Assembly (NCBI GenBank): GCA_964016885.1
Contig: OZ024760.1
Location: 10,230,001 to 10,294,000 of the forward strand
DNA from: Eledone cirrhosa
Taxonomy: Eukaryota
Direction: 5' to 3'
DNA: 64,000 bases
The notes under the pieces are model-generated. The model did not search any database. It was not told the origin of the DNA and worked only from the letters and a program-made list of their open reading frames with translations. The translations under genes and the position numbers were made by a program. This document shows positions 54,375 to 64,000 of the stretch, in pieces; positions within the stretch are counted from its first letter, which is position 1; the number at the start of each line of letters is the position of its first letter.

Positions 54375-54990
54375 AGTGATGCCCTGATTAACTTTTTCAA
54401 ATTTCATTTGAAAAGGAAAATCAGGGTAGAGAGGGAAGTGCTCTCTTCCCAGCATTTTGTTGAAAGATGGGTGAGAGAGAGGCAAGTATGGCCCGAGTGA
54501 ATGGACCTACTCTGAGTATATATCTGTAAATTAAAGGTGGAAAACTGGGAGAGGCCACTTGCCCTGGTGGTCAGGGTCACTGTGGCTTTTTAATGGGCTT
54601 TCTCCACGAATGTCCCTCGGAGGTCACCCCCGTATTGAGGAATTTTTCATTGTTATTTTTTTGTTACATCCTCTGTTTTTGTTTTTTACACGCAGAAATG
54701 TCCATTTGTACCGTCCTGCATTGTCCTGCACTGTCCTTAATGTCTACTTTATGTAAGCCCTTGTGGTTAATAAAGAAATCATTATTATTATTATTATTAT
54801 TATTATGTCCCTCCGAAGTCTCCCCCCTATTGGGGAATTTTTCATTGTTATTTTTTGTTACATCCTCTGTTTTTGTTTTTTACACGCAGAAATGCCCATT
54901 TGTACCGTCCTGCATTGTCCTGCACTGTCCTTAATGTCTACTTTATGTAAGCCCTTGTGGTTAATAAAGAAATCATTATTATTATTATTA
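54375..54990 (+). mobile_element. Tx1/L1-like LINE 3' end with tandemly duplicated 195-bp 3' UTR
   Basis: LINFFKFHLKRKIRVEREVLSSQHFVERWV; unit at 54611-54805 repeats at 54806-54990, each copy ending AATAAA..(TTA)n; related 3' end at 53958-54190(-). Confidence 0.6.
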
Positions 54991-54994
54991 TTAT

Positions 54995-55190
54995 ATTGGC
55001 AGTTCGGTAGAGGGTTGGACGCCATGCTTTCTAGCATAGTTACGTCCTTTTACGGTTTGAGTTCAAATCCCGTCGAGGTTAACTTTGCCTTTCATCCTTA
55101 CGGGGTCGATAAAATAAAGTACCAGTAATGTACTGGGTAATTGCTGGCCTTGTGCCTAAAGTAGAAACAATTATCATTATTATTATTATT
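54995..55190 (+). mobile_element. SINE1
   Basis: Matches 15640-15825. Confidence 0.9.
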
Positions 55191-55399
55191 ATTGCGTCAA
55201 TTAACAGTTGAACAATAAAGATTAATCTAATCTAATCGGAGAGGAATTGATGGAGGCTAATCTGAATGAGAGACATCAGTTACTTGTACTGAGACTGGTT
55301 AATCCACGCTGAGCAACAGATAATCTTTCGGGATCTCCACCACTTCGATTAGTGGTACAGATAGTGTTGGCCTGCTATAGTTACCAGATACAAACATAG

Positions 55400-56538
55400 A
55401 GAGAAAGACTGATCATAGGGTGGTGGGTTACAGTCACTAGACAGAGAGACTGATCATAGGTTGGTGGGTTAGAGTCACTAGACAGAGAGACTGATCATAG
55501 GGTGGTGGGTTAGAGTCACTAGACAGAGAGACTGATCATAGGGTGGTGGGTTAGAGTCACTAGATAGAGAGACTTATCATAGGGTGGTGTGTAACAGTCA
55601 CTAGATAGAGAGACAGATCATAGGGTGGTGGGTTACAGTCACTAGACAGAGAGACAGATCATAGGTTGGTGGGTTACAGTCACTAGATAGAGAGACAGAT
55701 CATAGGGTGGTGGGTTAGAGTCACTAGATAGAGAGATATATCATAGGGTGGTGGGTTACAGTCACTAGATAGAGAGACAGATCATAGGGTGGTGGGTTAC
55801 AGTCACTAGATAGAGAGACTGATCATAGGGTGGTGGGTTACAGTCACTAGACAGAGAGACTGATCATAGGTTGGTGGGTTAGAGTCACTAGACAGAGAGA
55901 CTGATCATAGGGTGGTGGGTTAGAGTCACTAGATAGAGAGACTTATCATAGGGTGGTGTGTAACAGTCACTAGATAGAGAGACAGATCATAGGGTGGTGG
56001 GTTACAGTCACTAGATAGAGAGACTTATCATAGGGTGGTGGGTTACAGTCACTAGATAGAGAGACAGATCATAGGGTGGTGGGTTACAGTCACTAGATAG
56101 AGAGACAGATCGTAGGGTGGTGGGTTACAGTCACTAGATAGAGAGACAGATCATAGGGTGGTGGGTTAGAGTCACTAGATAGAGAGACTGATCATAGGGT
56201 GGTGGGTTAGAGTCACTAGATAGAGAGACAGATCATAGGGTGGTGGGTTACAGTCACTAGATAGAGAGACAGATCATAGGGTGGTGGGTTACAGTCACTA
56301 GATAGAGAGACAGATCATAGGGTGGTGGGTTACAGTCACTAGATAGAGAGACAGATCATAGGGTGGTGGGTTAGAGTCACTAGATAGAGAGACAGATCAT
56401 AGGGTGGTGGGTTAGAGTCACTAGATAGAGAGACAGATCATAGGGTGGTGGGTTACAGTCACTAGATAGAGAGACAGATCATAGGGTGGTGGGTTACAGT
56501 CACTAGATAGAGAGACAGATCATAGGGTGGTTGGTTAC
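55400..56538. repeat. 41-bp minisatellite, ~27 copies
   Basis: Unit gatagagagacagatcatagggtggtgggttacagtcacta (55411, 55452 and onward). Confidence 0.97.
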
Positions 56539-57887
56539 CTTCTTCCTCACCCATTCTATGGCACTGTGACTGCTCTATGAGGTCTCACCTAGGGCTAAAC
56601 AACCTACAACACTATATGTCACCTACCGAAGTGTGATCTACAGCTAGAGATATCACCACCATCACCAGCACCAGCATCCCTACAACCATCAGCAGTAGCC
56701 CCTCCTCCCCCTCCCACCACCACCACCACTATCACTATCACCATCATCACCACCAAACCACCACCACCACTATCACCATCACCACCACCACCACCACCAC
56801 TACCCCCCCCCATACTCCCACCACCGCCGCCACCACCACCACCAGAACCATCACCCCCACATACACCACCACCACCCCATCACACACTCCCTTCCCCTCA
56901 CCACCACCAGCACCACCACCACCACCACCATAATCAATAGTTGTTGAGTTATAAAATAATTAACTAATTACTATAAGGTGATTAGTGCTTGGTCTGCTAT
57001 GTGGTGGTGGTGGTGGTGGTGGTGGTGGGGTATGGTGTGTGGGTGATGTGGGGAGGATGGTATGTGGTGGGGTGAGGAATATCATATCTGGGTGGTGGTG
57101 GTGGTTGTTTGGTGAGGGATGATATGTGGTTGGAGTGTGGGGGATGGGTGGGTGCTGGAGGATGGTTGTGGTGGTGTTGAATTCTTAATTAAGTTAGTTG
57201 TCTAAACAGACAAGTGATTAATTAAACAACAACAACAACACCTACAACAACAAAAACAACAGGTCAAAAGACCCGGGTCAAGCTGTCAAGCGTAGAAGGT
57301 GAAATCTACACTGCAAATTCTAAGGAATGTGTAAGTAGGCCAGATGAGGTTGGCTTGGCGGAGGAAGGGATGTTATAGAGATAGTAAATCAAATGCGATT
57401 AGGGGACAAAGAAAAAATATAATAAAAAAGAATATAATAAAAAATGAGAGAAAGATGTAACAGAAAGTAAGATTGGAAAGTGAGAAGTGAAATAAGGGGT
57501 CTAACATAGCTCCTATATTTCGGCCAAAGCCACAGAATGAGTTGCTAGATGAGAATAATTGAAAAATTTAGAATTAAAAATGAATACCACATATCTGGGG
57601 TCTAACACAGCTGCTATGAATATATATAAATATATAGTTATATATACGCTGTAATGTGGCCGTGTAAGCAACACGGTAAAAACCTCCCAGTCCCACACTG
57701 TAAATGTGGTTGGTGTTAGGAAGGGCATCCAGCCGTAGAAAACCCGCCAGACAGTCCTATGCGAGCAAGACAACCACTCTTGCCTCAAGTGGGAAAACTC
57801 TCGTCCAAACCCATGCAAGCGTGGAACATGGACGTTAAACGATGATGATGATGAGTTATATATATAAATATATAGTTGAAAATATAC

Positions 57888-58068
57888 AGTTGAAGGAAGA
57901 CGTGGTAGAGGTAGACAACGAAAAACATGGGCGGAGGTGGTGAGAACAGACCTCAGATCATTGAAGCTCACGGTGGAGATGACGAAGGACTGTGACGAGT
58001 GGAGAGATGCTGTGCTGAATAAGACCCGTCCCACCCTTGCAAGCAGGATGATGATGATGATGATGATG
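57888..58068 (+). mobile_element. RTE LINE extreme 3' end
   Basis: VEGRRGRGRQRKTWAEVVRTDL..; tail cccgtcccacccttgcaagcagg(atg)n. Confidence 0.85.
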
Positions 58069-58081
58069 ATATAGATATAAT

Positions 58082-58420
58082 GGAGGCACATGGCTTAGTG
58101 GTTAGAGCATTGGCCTTGCAATCGAAAGGTTGTGAGTTCAATTCTCAGACCGGGTGATGTGTTGTGTCCTTGAGCAAGACACTTTATTTCACATTGCTCC
58201 AGTTTACTCAGCTGTAGAAATGAGATGATAGGACTGGGGTCCCTATCATTCCACTGCAAAGTGGTCGTGGAGGTGCCATGGCAAAAAAGCATCCAGCACT
58301 CACTGTAAATGAGGTTGGTGTTAGGAAGGGCATCCAGCTGTAGAAATCAAGCCAGAATCAGTTCCCGTCCCACCCTTCCAAGCAGGGAAAAGCGGACGTA
58401 AAATGATGATGATGATGATG
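58082..58420 (+). mobile_element. Full-length SINE2
   Basis: Matches 49477-49820. Confidence 0.9.
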
Positions 58421-58513
58421 ATATATATATGATTCAAAATGTTAACAAATGAAAAATATTCGCATACTGGAATTGAATAATCAAGACCGTAGCGGTATGT
58501 CATATATCAAATC

Positions 58514-58582
58514 ATATATTTTATCTGATGAGGACGTACTGAAACAACACAGTACCTTTGAAATATATATAATAAAGTATAT
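58514..58582 (+). ncRNA. Type I hammerhead (family A; element 58431-58725)
   Basis: atatattttat-CTGATGA-ggacgtactg aaacaaca cagtaccttt-GAAA-tatata-TA-ataaagtatat. Confidence 0.8.
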
Positions 58583-58954
58583 ATTTTGATTATGAGAATA
58601 TTTTTCATTTGTTAACATTTTGAATAATATTAAAAACTCCAGGAAAACTCACCGTTGAGTGCTTCTAATCTATTGTAAAATTGTATTCATTGAGTAATCA
58701 ATCAACCATATTAATCTTTGGTTATATATATCATCATCATCATCATCGTTTAACGTCCATCTTCCACGCTTGCATGGGTCTGGATATATATATATATAAT
58801 GAAATATATATATAATGAAATATCGTTTCATTTTTTCCGTTTATCGTTTTCGGTGCACCCGGCCGATTAACCCACTCGATATGCAAATTGGGCTACTCAG
58901 CTGTTAATATGCATAAGGTAAGTATATACGTTCAACAATCTGGCAGGAAGGTAT

Positions 58955-58997
58955 ACGTTGCTGACGATAGCTAACAAGCTTGAAACTAGTACAGCGT
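58955..58997 (+). ncRNA. Minimal type I hammerhead
   Basis: acgttg-CTGACGA-tagct aaca agctt-GAAA-ctag-TA-cagcgt; palindromic stem III ACTAGT. Confidence 0.82.
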
Positions 58998-59347
58998 TCC
59001 TTTGTCAGTGTTGAACAAACGAGCAACGGTGGTTGCTAGACACTACGGCTTAATACGGGATGTTTCTTTACAAACACACCGAGCATTATAATAAATGTTC
59101 GGTGAATCCATACGTGCATATATATATGTGTGCATGTATGTATATATATATATACATACTACTGTACGTCGGTATACATATATGTATGTACGTGTACATA
59201 CTTATATTTAAGTAACAGCCATACTAAGAGTGGGAAATGAAATATCGTTTCATTTTTTCCGTATATATATATATATATATATATAGTTAAATATTAGACA
59301 GGAACAAAAAATAGAGAGGCAGTACAAATGGATATATATATATATAT

Positions 59348-59460
59348 AGGAAAAAGTATGACCCCGACGGCAGAGCTCAAGCCGTTTTGGGGTCATACTT
59401 TTTCCTATTACCCACTCTACTATTCTAAGTATTGAATACTCTGGTGCGTTATGGTCCATC
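59348..59460 (+). mobile_element. Family D short fold-back copy
   Basis: aggaaaaagtatgacccc / ggggtcatactttttcct arms followed by the tail. Confidence 0.8.
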
Positions 59461-59516
59461 TATATATACACACATATACACACTGTACAGTGAGTGTGCC
59501 TCATGTATGTATATCA

Positions 59517-59550
<34 letters not shown>

Positions 59551-59699
59551 CCAAAGGTTAAACAAGGTTCATTGATTAATCAATGAATATAGTTTTACAA
59601 TAGATTAGAAGCACTCAACAGTAAAAAAAAAAGGGTTTCTGGAGTTATTAATATTAATTCAAAATATCAATAAATATAGACATTCAACGTAATCAAAAT

Positions 59700-59770
59700 A
59701 TATGTTATATTATATATATTTCGGAGGTACTGTGCTATTTTTTCAGTACATCCTCATCAGATAAAATATA
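59700..59770 (-). ncRNA. Type I hammerhead (family A, left arm of fold-back 59548-59998)
   Basis: Minus strand: ttttat-CTGATGA-ggatgtactg..cagtacctcc-GAAA-tatata-TA-atata. Confidence 0.72.
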
Positions 59771-59877
59771 TAAATTGATGTGTGACATACCTCAACTGGG
59801 CTGATGGATCAATTCCAGTCTTGGCAGTAATTGGAATTGATCCATCAGCCCAGTTGAGGTATGTCACACATCAATTT

Positions 59878-59949
59878 ATATATTTTATCTGATGAGGACG
59901 TACTGAAAAAACAGCACAGTATCTCCGAAATATATATAATAAAATATAT
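59878..59949 (+). ncRNA. Type I hammerhead (family A, right arm)
   Basis: atatattttat-CTGATGA-ggacgtactg..cagtatctcc-GAAA-tatata-TA-ataaaatatat; 11-bp stem I. Confidence 0.85.
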
Positions 59950-59989
59950 TTTGATTACGTTGAATGTCTATATTTATTAATATTTTGAC

Positions 59990-60040
<51 letters not shown>

Positions 60041-60149
60041 GTCCTATGTAAGCAAGACAACCACTCTTGCCTCAAGTGGGAAAACTCCCGTCCAAACCCA
60101 TGCAAGCATGGAACATGGACGTTAAACGATGATGATGATGATGATGATG

Positions 60150-60187
<38 letters not shown>

Positions 60188-60217
60188 TGTACAGTGAGTG
60201 TGTCTCATGCATGTATA

Positions 60218-60485
60218 TCATCATCATCATCATCATCATCATCATTTTACGTCCGCTCTTCCCTGCTTGCAAGGGTGGGACGGGTCTTATTCAGCACAGC
60301 ATCTCTCCACTCGTCACGGTCCTTTGTCATCTCCACCGTGAGCTTCAATGATCTGAGGTCTGTTCTCACCACCTCCGCCCATCTTTTTCGTGGTCTACCT
60401 CTACCACGTCTTCCTTCAACTGGCATTTCCTGGCACTTCTTCACCCATCGGTCATCCTCCATGCGCATCACATGTCCATACCATC
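60218..60485 (-). mobile_element. RTE LINE 3' end
   Basis: WYGHVMRMEDDRWVKKCQEMPVEGRRGRGRPRKRWAEVVRTDL..EERT*, then (ATG)n. Confidence 0.9.
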
Positions 60486-60637
60486 AGTATATATGTATAT
60501 ATATGTATATATATATATATACACTTCCTTATATACACACATATACACACTGTATAGTGAGTGTGTCTCATATTGATTTCTGACATGTGATGATATATTA
60601 AATTATAGTACTGCTGAAAATTGTCATTGTTGTTTAT

Positions 60638-61245
60638 GGTGGTGGTGGTGGCGGTACAGTGGTGGTGGTGGTGGTGGTGGTACAGTGGTGGTGGTGGTGG
60701 TGGTACAGTGGCGGCGGTGGTGGTGGTGGTGGTACAGTGGTGGTGGTGGTGGTGGTGGTACAGTGGTGGTGGTGGTACAGTGGTGGTGGTGGTGGTGGTA
60801 CAGTGGCGGTGGTGACAGTGGTGGTGGTAGTGGTGGCGGTACAGTGGTGTTGGTGGTGGTGATGGTGGTGGTGGCACAGTGGTGGTGATGGTGGTGGTGG
60901 TACAGTGGCGGTGGTGACAGTGGTGGTGGTAGTGGTGGCGGTACAGTGGTGGTGGTGGTGGTGATGGTGGTGGTGGCACAGTGGTGGTGATGGTGGTGGT
61001 GGTGACAGTGGTGTTGGTGGTGGTGGTACAGTGGTGGTGGTGGTGGTGGTGACAGTGATGATGGTGGTGGTGGTGGTGACAGTGATGATGGTGGTGGTGG
61101 TGGTACAGCGGTGGTGGTGGCACAGTGGAGGTGGTGATGGTGGTGAAAGTGTTGTTGCTGTTACTGCTGCTGTTTTCGTTGTTGTTCTTCTTGTAGCTGT
61201 TGCTGCTGCTGCTATTGCTACTGCTGTTGTTGTTGCTGCTGTTGT
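60638..61245. repeat. (GGT)n punctuated by ACAGT, then (GTT/GCT)n
   Basis: Direct inspection. Confidence 0.93.
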
Positions 61246-61359
61246 CCTGTCACATGTTTGGTGTTGATTCAGCAGAAATCTCTGTCACTGATATTTCTAC
61301 CTAAGTCACATGACTGTCATGGCAACCAATTAACGAGGGACCCTCTACATTGGGACTTG

Positions 61360-61785
61360 CTGAAAATAGCAGTCAAATCTCCCCAGAATCACGCGTTACT
61401 ACCTTATATATCTAGTCATGGTAGAAATAGCAGCCAAATCTCCCTCAAATTACACCCTAATGTCTTATATATCTAGTCATGGTAGAAATAGCAGCCAAAT
61501 CTCCCCCAAATTACACCCTAATGTCTTATATATCTAGATATGGTAGAAATAGCAGCTAAATCTCCCTCAAATTACACCCTAATGTCTTATATATCTAGAT
61601 ATGGTAGAAATAGCAGCCAAATCTCCCCAAATCACACCCTACTGTCTTATATATCTAGTCATGGTAGAAATAGCAGCCAAATCTCCCCCAAATTACACCC
61701 TACTGTCTTATATATCTAGATATGGTAGAAATAGCAGCCAAATCTCCCTCAAATCACACCCTTATAATCACTGTCTTATATATAT
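61360..61785 (+). repeat. 60-61 bp minisatellite, ~7 copies
   Basis: Unit atggtagaaatagcagccaaatctccctcaaattacaccctaatgtcttatatatctagtc. Confidence 0.92.
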
Positions 61786-61949
61786 CAAGACGCCAATTCC
61801 TCAGTATGTTACTGATACTTTATTGACCCGATAAGGATAAAACTAACCTCAGCGGGGTTTGAACATAAAATGTGAAGGGTCATAAGTATATGCCACAAAG
61901 CATGTTGTCCAATGCAATACCAATACTGCCAATCTCCCCAAAAACATAC

Positions 61950-62175
61950 ATAATAATAATAATTGTTTCTACTTTAGGCACAAGGCCAGTAATTACCCAG
62001 TGCATTACTGGTACTTTATTTTATCGACCCCGTAAGGATGAAAGGCAAAGTTAACCTCGGCGGGATTTGAACTCAGATCGTAAAGGGACGTAACTATGCT
62101 AGAAAGCATGATGTCCAACCCTCTACCTATACTGCCAATTCACAGTTAACCTTGGCAAGATTTGAACTCAGACCA
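61950..62175 (-). mobile_element. SINE1 (older copy adjacent at 61790-61940)
   Basis: Reverse-complement match to 15640-15825. Confidence 0.88.
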
Positions 62176-62916
62176 TATAATAATAATAATAACAATTCAT
62201 CTAACCTACGTGAGTGTAGAAAAATAGATGTTAAATGGTGATGATAATAGTATATATATATATGTATATATACCAACATGACCACTATTAATATGCAAAT
62301 TAGTATGTCCATTTTAGGACACTATACCAACATGACCACTATTAATATGCAAATTAGTATGTCCATTTTAGGACACTACTATAACTGATAGGGTGTCGAT
62401 GCCCCTTTATTTCATATGTATAGTTGTTTCCTTGTTTCTGATGAAAACTGTGAGACCTATAAAACCGAGACTAATAATATGGAGTTCCATAAACTATCAT
62501 CGATTAGTCACTATATTGATTTATCATGATAGATCAACCCTCTGACTATTTAAGCACTAAACTTCACCTTAAAAAGACAATGTTGTCCCTGATCTATGTT
62601 GTTTGTTTTACCACACACACATCACACCAGCATTTTAAAATGGTACTCTCAATTAAATTGTGCGAAACCACTTTGCTGGTTTGAGAGCTGATGATGGTGA
62701 ATATGTGTGTGTGTAAACTTGTCTTCTTCTACATCACCTTTCTTTATTTATTTCTTCCAGTCATTTCTATGGGCCAAAACACGTCTCCTTGTCTTCCTCC
62801 TCTTTCAATCTTTTCTATATTTCGTCTGCCTGTCACTCACCTCGTCTCATTTTTCTGTCTTCGTCTTTTGTTTCCATTGTTCAACATATATATTTGAAAT
62901 TCTTTATATGATATAC

Positions 62917-62964
62917 ATGCCTTCTAATGAAGGCCCAACTAGGTTTGAAAATCAGCTAAGGTGT
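62917..62964 (+). ncRNA. Degenerate hammerhead (core CTAATGA)
   Basis: atgcctt-CTAATGA-aggcc caacta ggttt-GAAA-atcagc-TA-aggtgt. Confidence 0.45.
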
Positions 62965-63080
62965 TTAGCATTTTACAGAGGAATAAATATATATTTTGCA
63001 TGTTTACATGTCTATACACTAAAACTGTGTAAATCTACATACACAGACTTGCAGCCTCAGTTACTTCATTCTGTATATAT

Positions 63081-63203
<123 letters not shown>

Positions 63204-63465
63204 AAACACAGAACTGCAGCATCCCAGCCCTCCCCGCTCGGACACCCCGTCTCCCTCTCCCCACTCCACCCGCCACCACCCCTACTCACCCCACACCCTT
63301 CCACCACCTGTTTACCCCCCTTTTAATTTCAGTTTATTTTGATCATGCCTTTATTTTTATTTTTTATCTTTATTTGTTATTTTTTCATTCGCACCGTTTC
63401 CTTTCGCTATATGTCTCTCCACCACTCCCCTACACACCTTTTGAACTCTGTTCCCACACACTTCT

Positions 63466-63498
63466 CACCTGAGGAAGGGCTTATGCCCGAAACGTCGT
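63466..63498 (+). ncRNA. Minimal Penelope-type hammerhead (element ~63200-63590)
   Basis: ac-CTGAGGA-a gggc ttat gccc-GAAA-cg-TC-gt; followed by AATAAA and (TA)n; stem I is only 2 bp. Confidence 0.75.
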
Positions 63499-63586
63499 CC
63501 CCCACCTACCCCCCACTCTCCTGAACGTGAAATTAATAAACATTTATTGTACTGCCTCTCTGTTTTGTCCCTGTTCAAATTTTTCC

Positions 63587-63710
<124 letters not shown>

Positions 63711-63809
63711 TTGATAAAGAGATAGAGAGCTATAGACAGAAACTCCCCCACCACCCCACACACACACAGGCATATATAACTAATTGTATCAACCATTATA
63801 AGGGCGGTA

Positions 63810-63930
63810 GTCTGAGTTCAAATCCCGCCGAGGTCAACTTTGCCTTTCATCCTTACGGGGTCGATAAAATAAAGTACCAGTAATGTACTGGGGTAATTGC
63901 TGGCCTTGTGCCAAAAGTAGAAACAATTAT
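63810..63930 (+). mobile_element. SINE1, 5'-truncated
   Basis: B-box, core and tail. Confidence 0.88.
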
Positions 63931-64000
63931 AAACTGTAACACATTGGAATTGGTTGAACAAGTTTTTATAAAGAAACATATTATTGATTACCTGAAATGA

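Noticed and set aside
57262-57330. Open frame ending at a gtaagt donor
   Set aside because: No polypyrimidine acceptor and no recognisable homology.
62270-62378. Duplicated octamer motif ATGCAAAT
   Set aside because: It lies in a 54-bp tandem duplication at a probable element end next to (TA)n; there is no regulatory evidence.

Overview
AT-rich, repeat-saturated animal genomic DNA. The repeat families, the (TA)n/(CA)n/(GGT)n microsatellite load and the SINE types suggest an octopod cephalopod; this comes from recognition, not a database search. No intact protein-coding gene can be supported, and nearly all listed ORFs are translations of simple repeats or transposon debris. Recognisable content: two tRNA-derived SINE families; CR1, RTE, CRE and Tx1-like LINE fragments; a decayed Tc1/mariner transposase with an internal fold-back; mariner, Tc1, piggyBac-like and Helitron-like non-autonomous elements; and about ten minisatellites, most amplified from pieces of those repeats. 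The main signal the ORF track misses is a dense set of type I hammerhead-ribozyme (HHR) motifs found by eye: 8 with a canonical core, 3 copies of a compensatory U3-A8 variant, about 10 degenerate ones and a family of half-ribozymes. They lie in short, mutually unrelated elements that sit in (TA)n tracts, are often folded back as inverted duplications, and share a 3'-terminal ACTC..TTGAGTAC-N11/12-TGGT signal. This fits Penelope-like/retrozyme-type elements. A triple-CCAAT promoter-like segment (11.5 kb), an E2F palindrome (36.7 kb) and two candidate exons hint at a host gene. Repeat boundaries are approximate.
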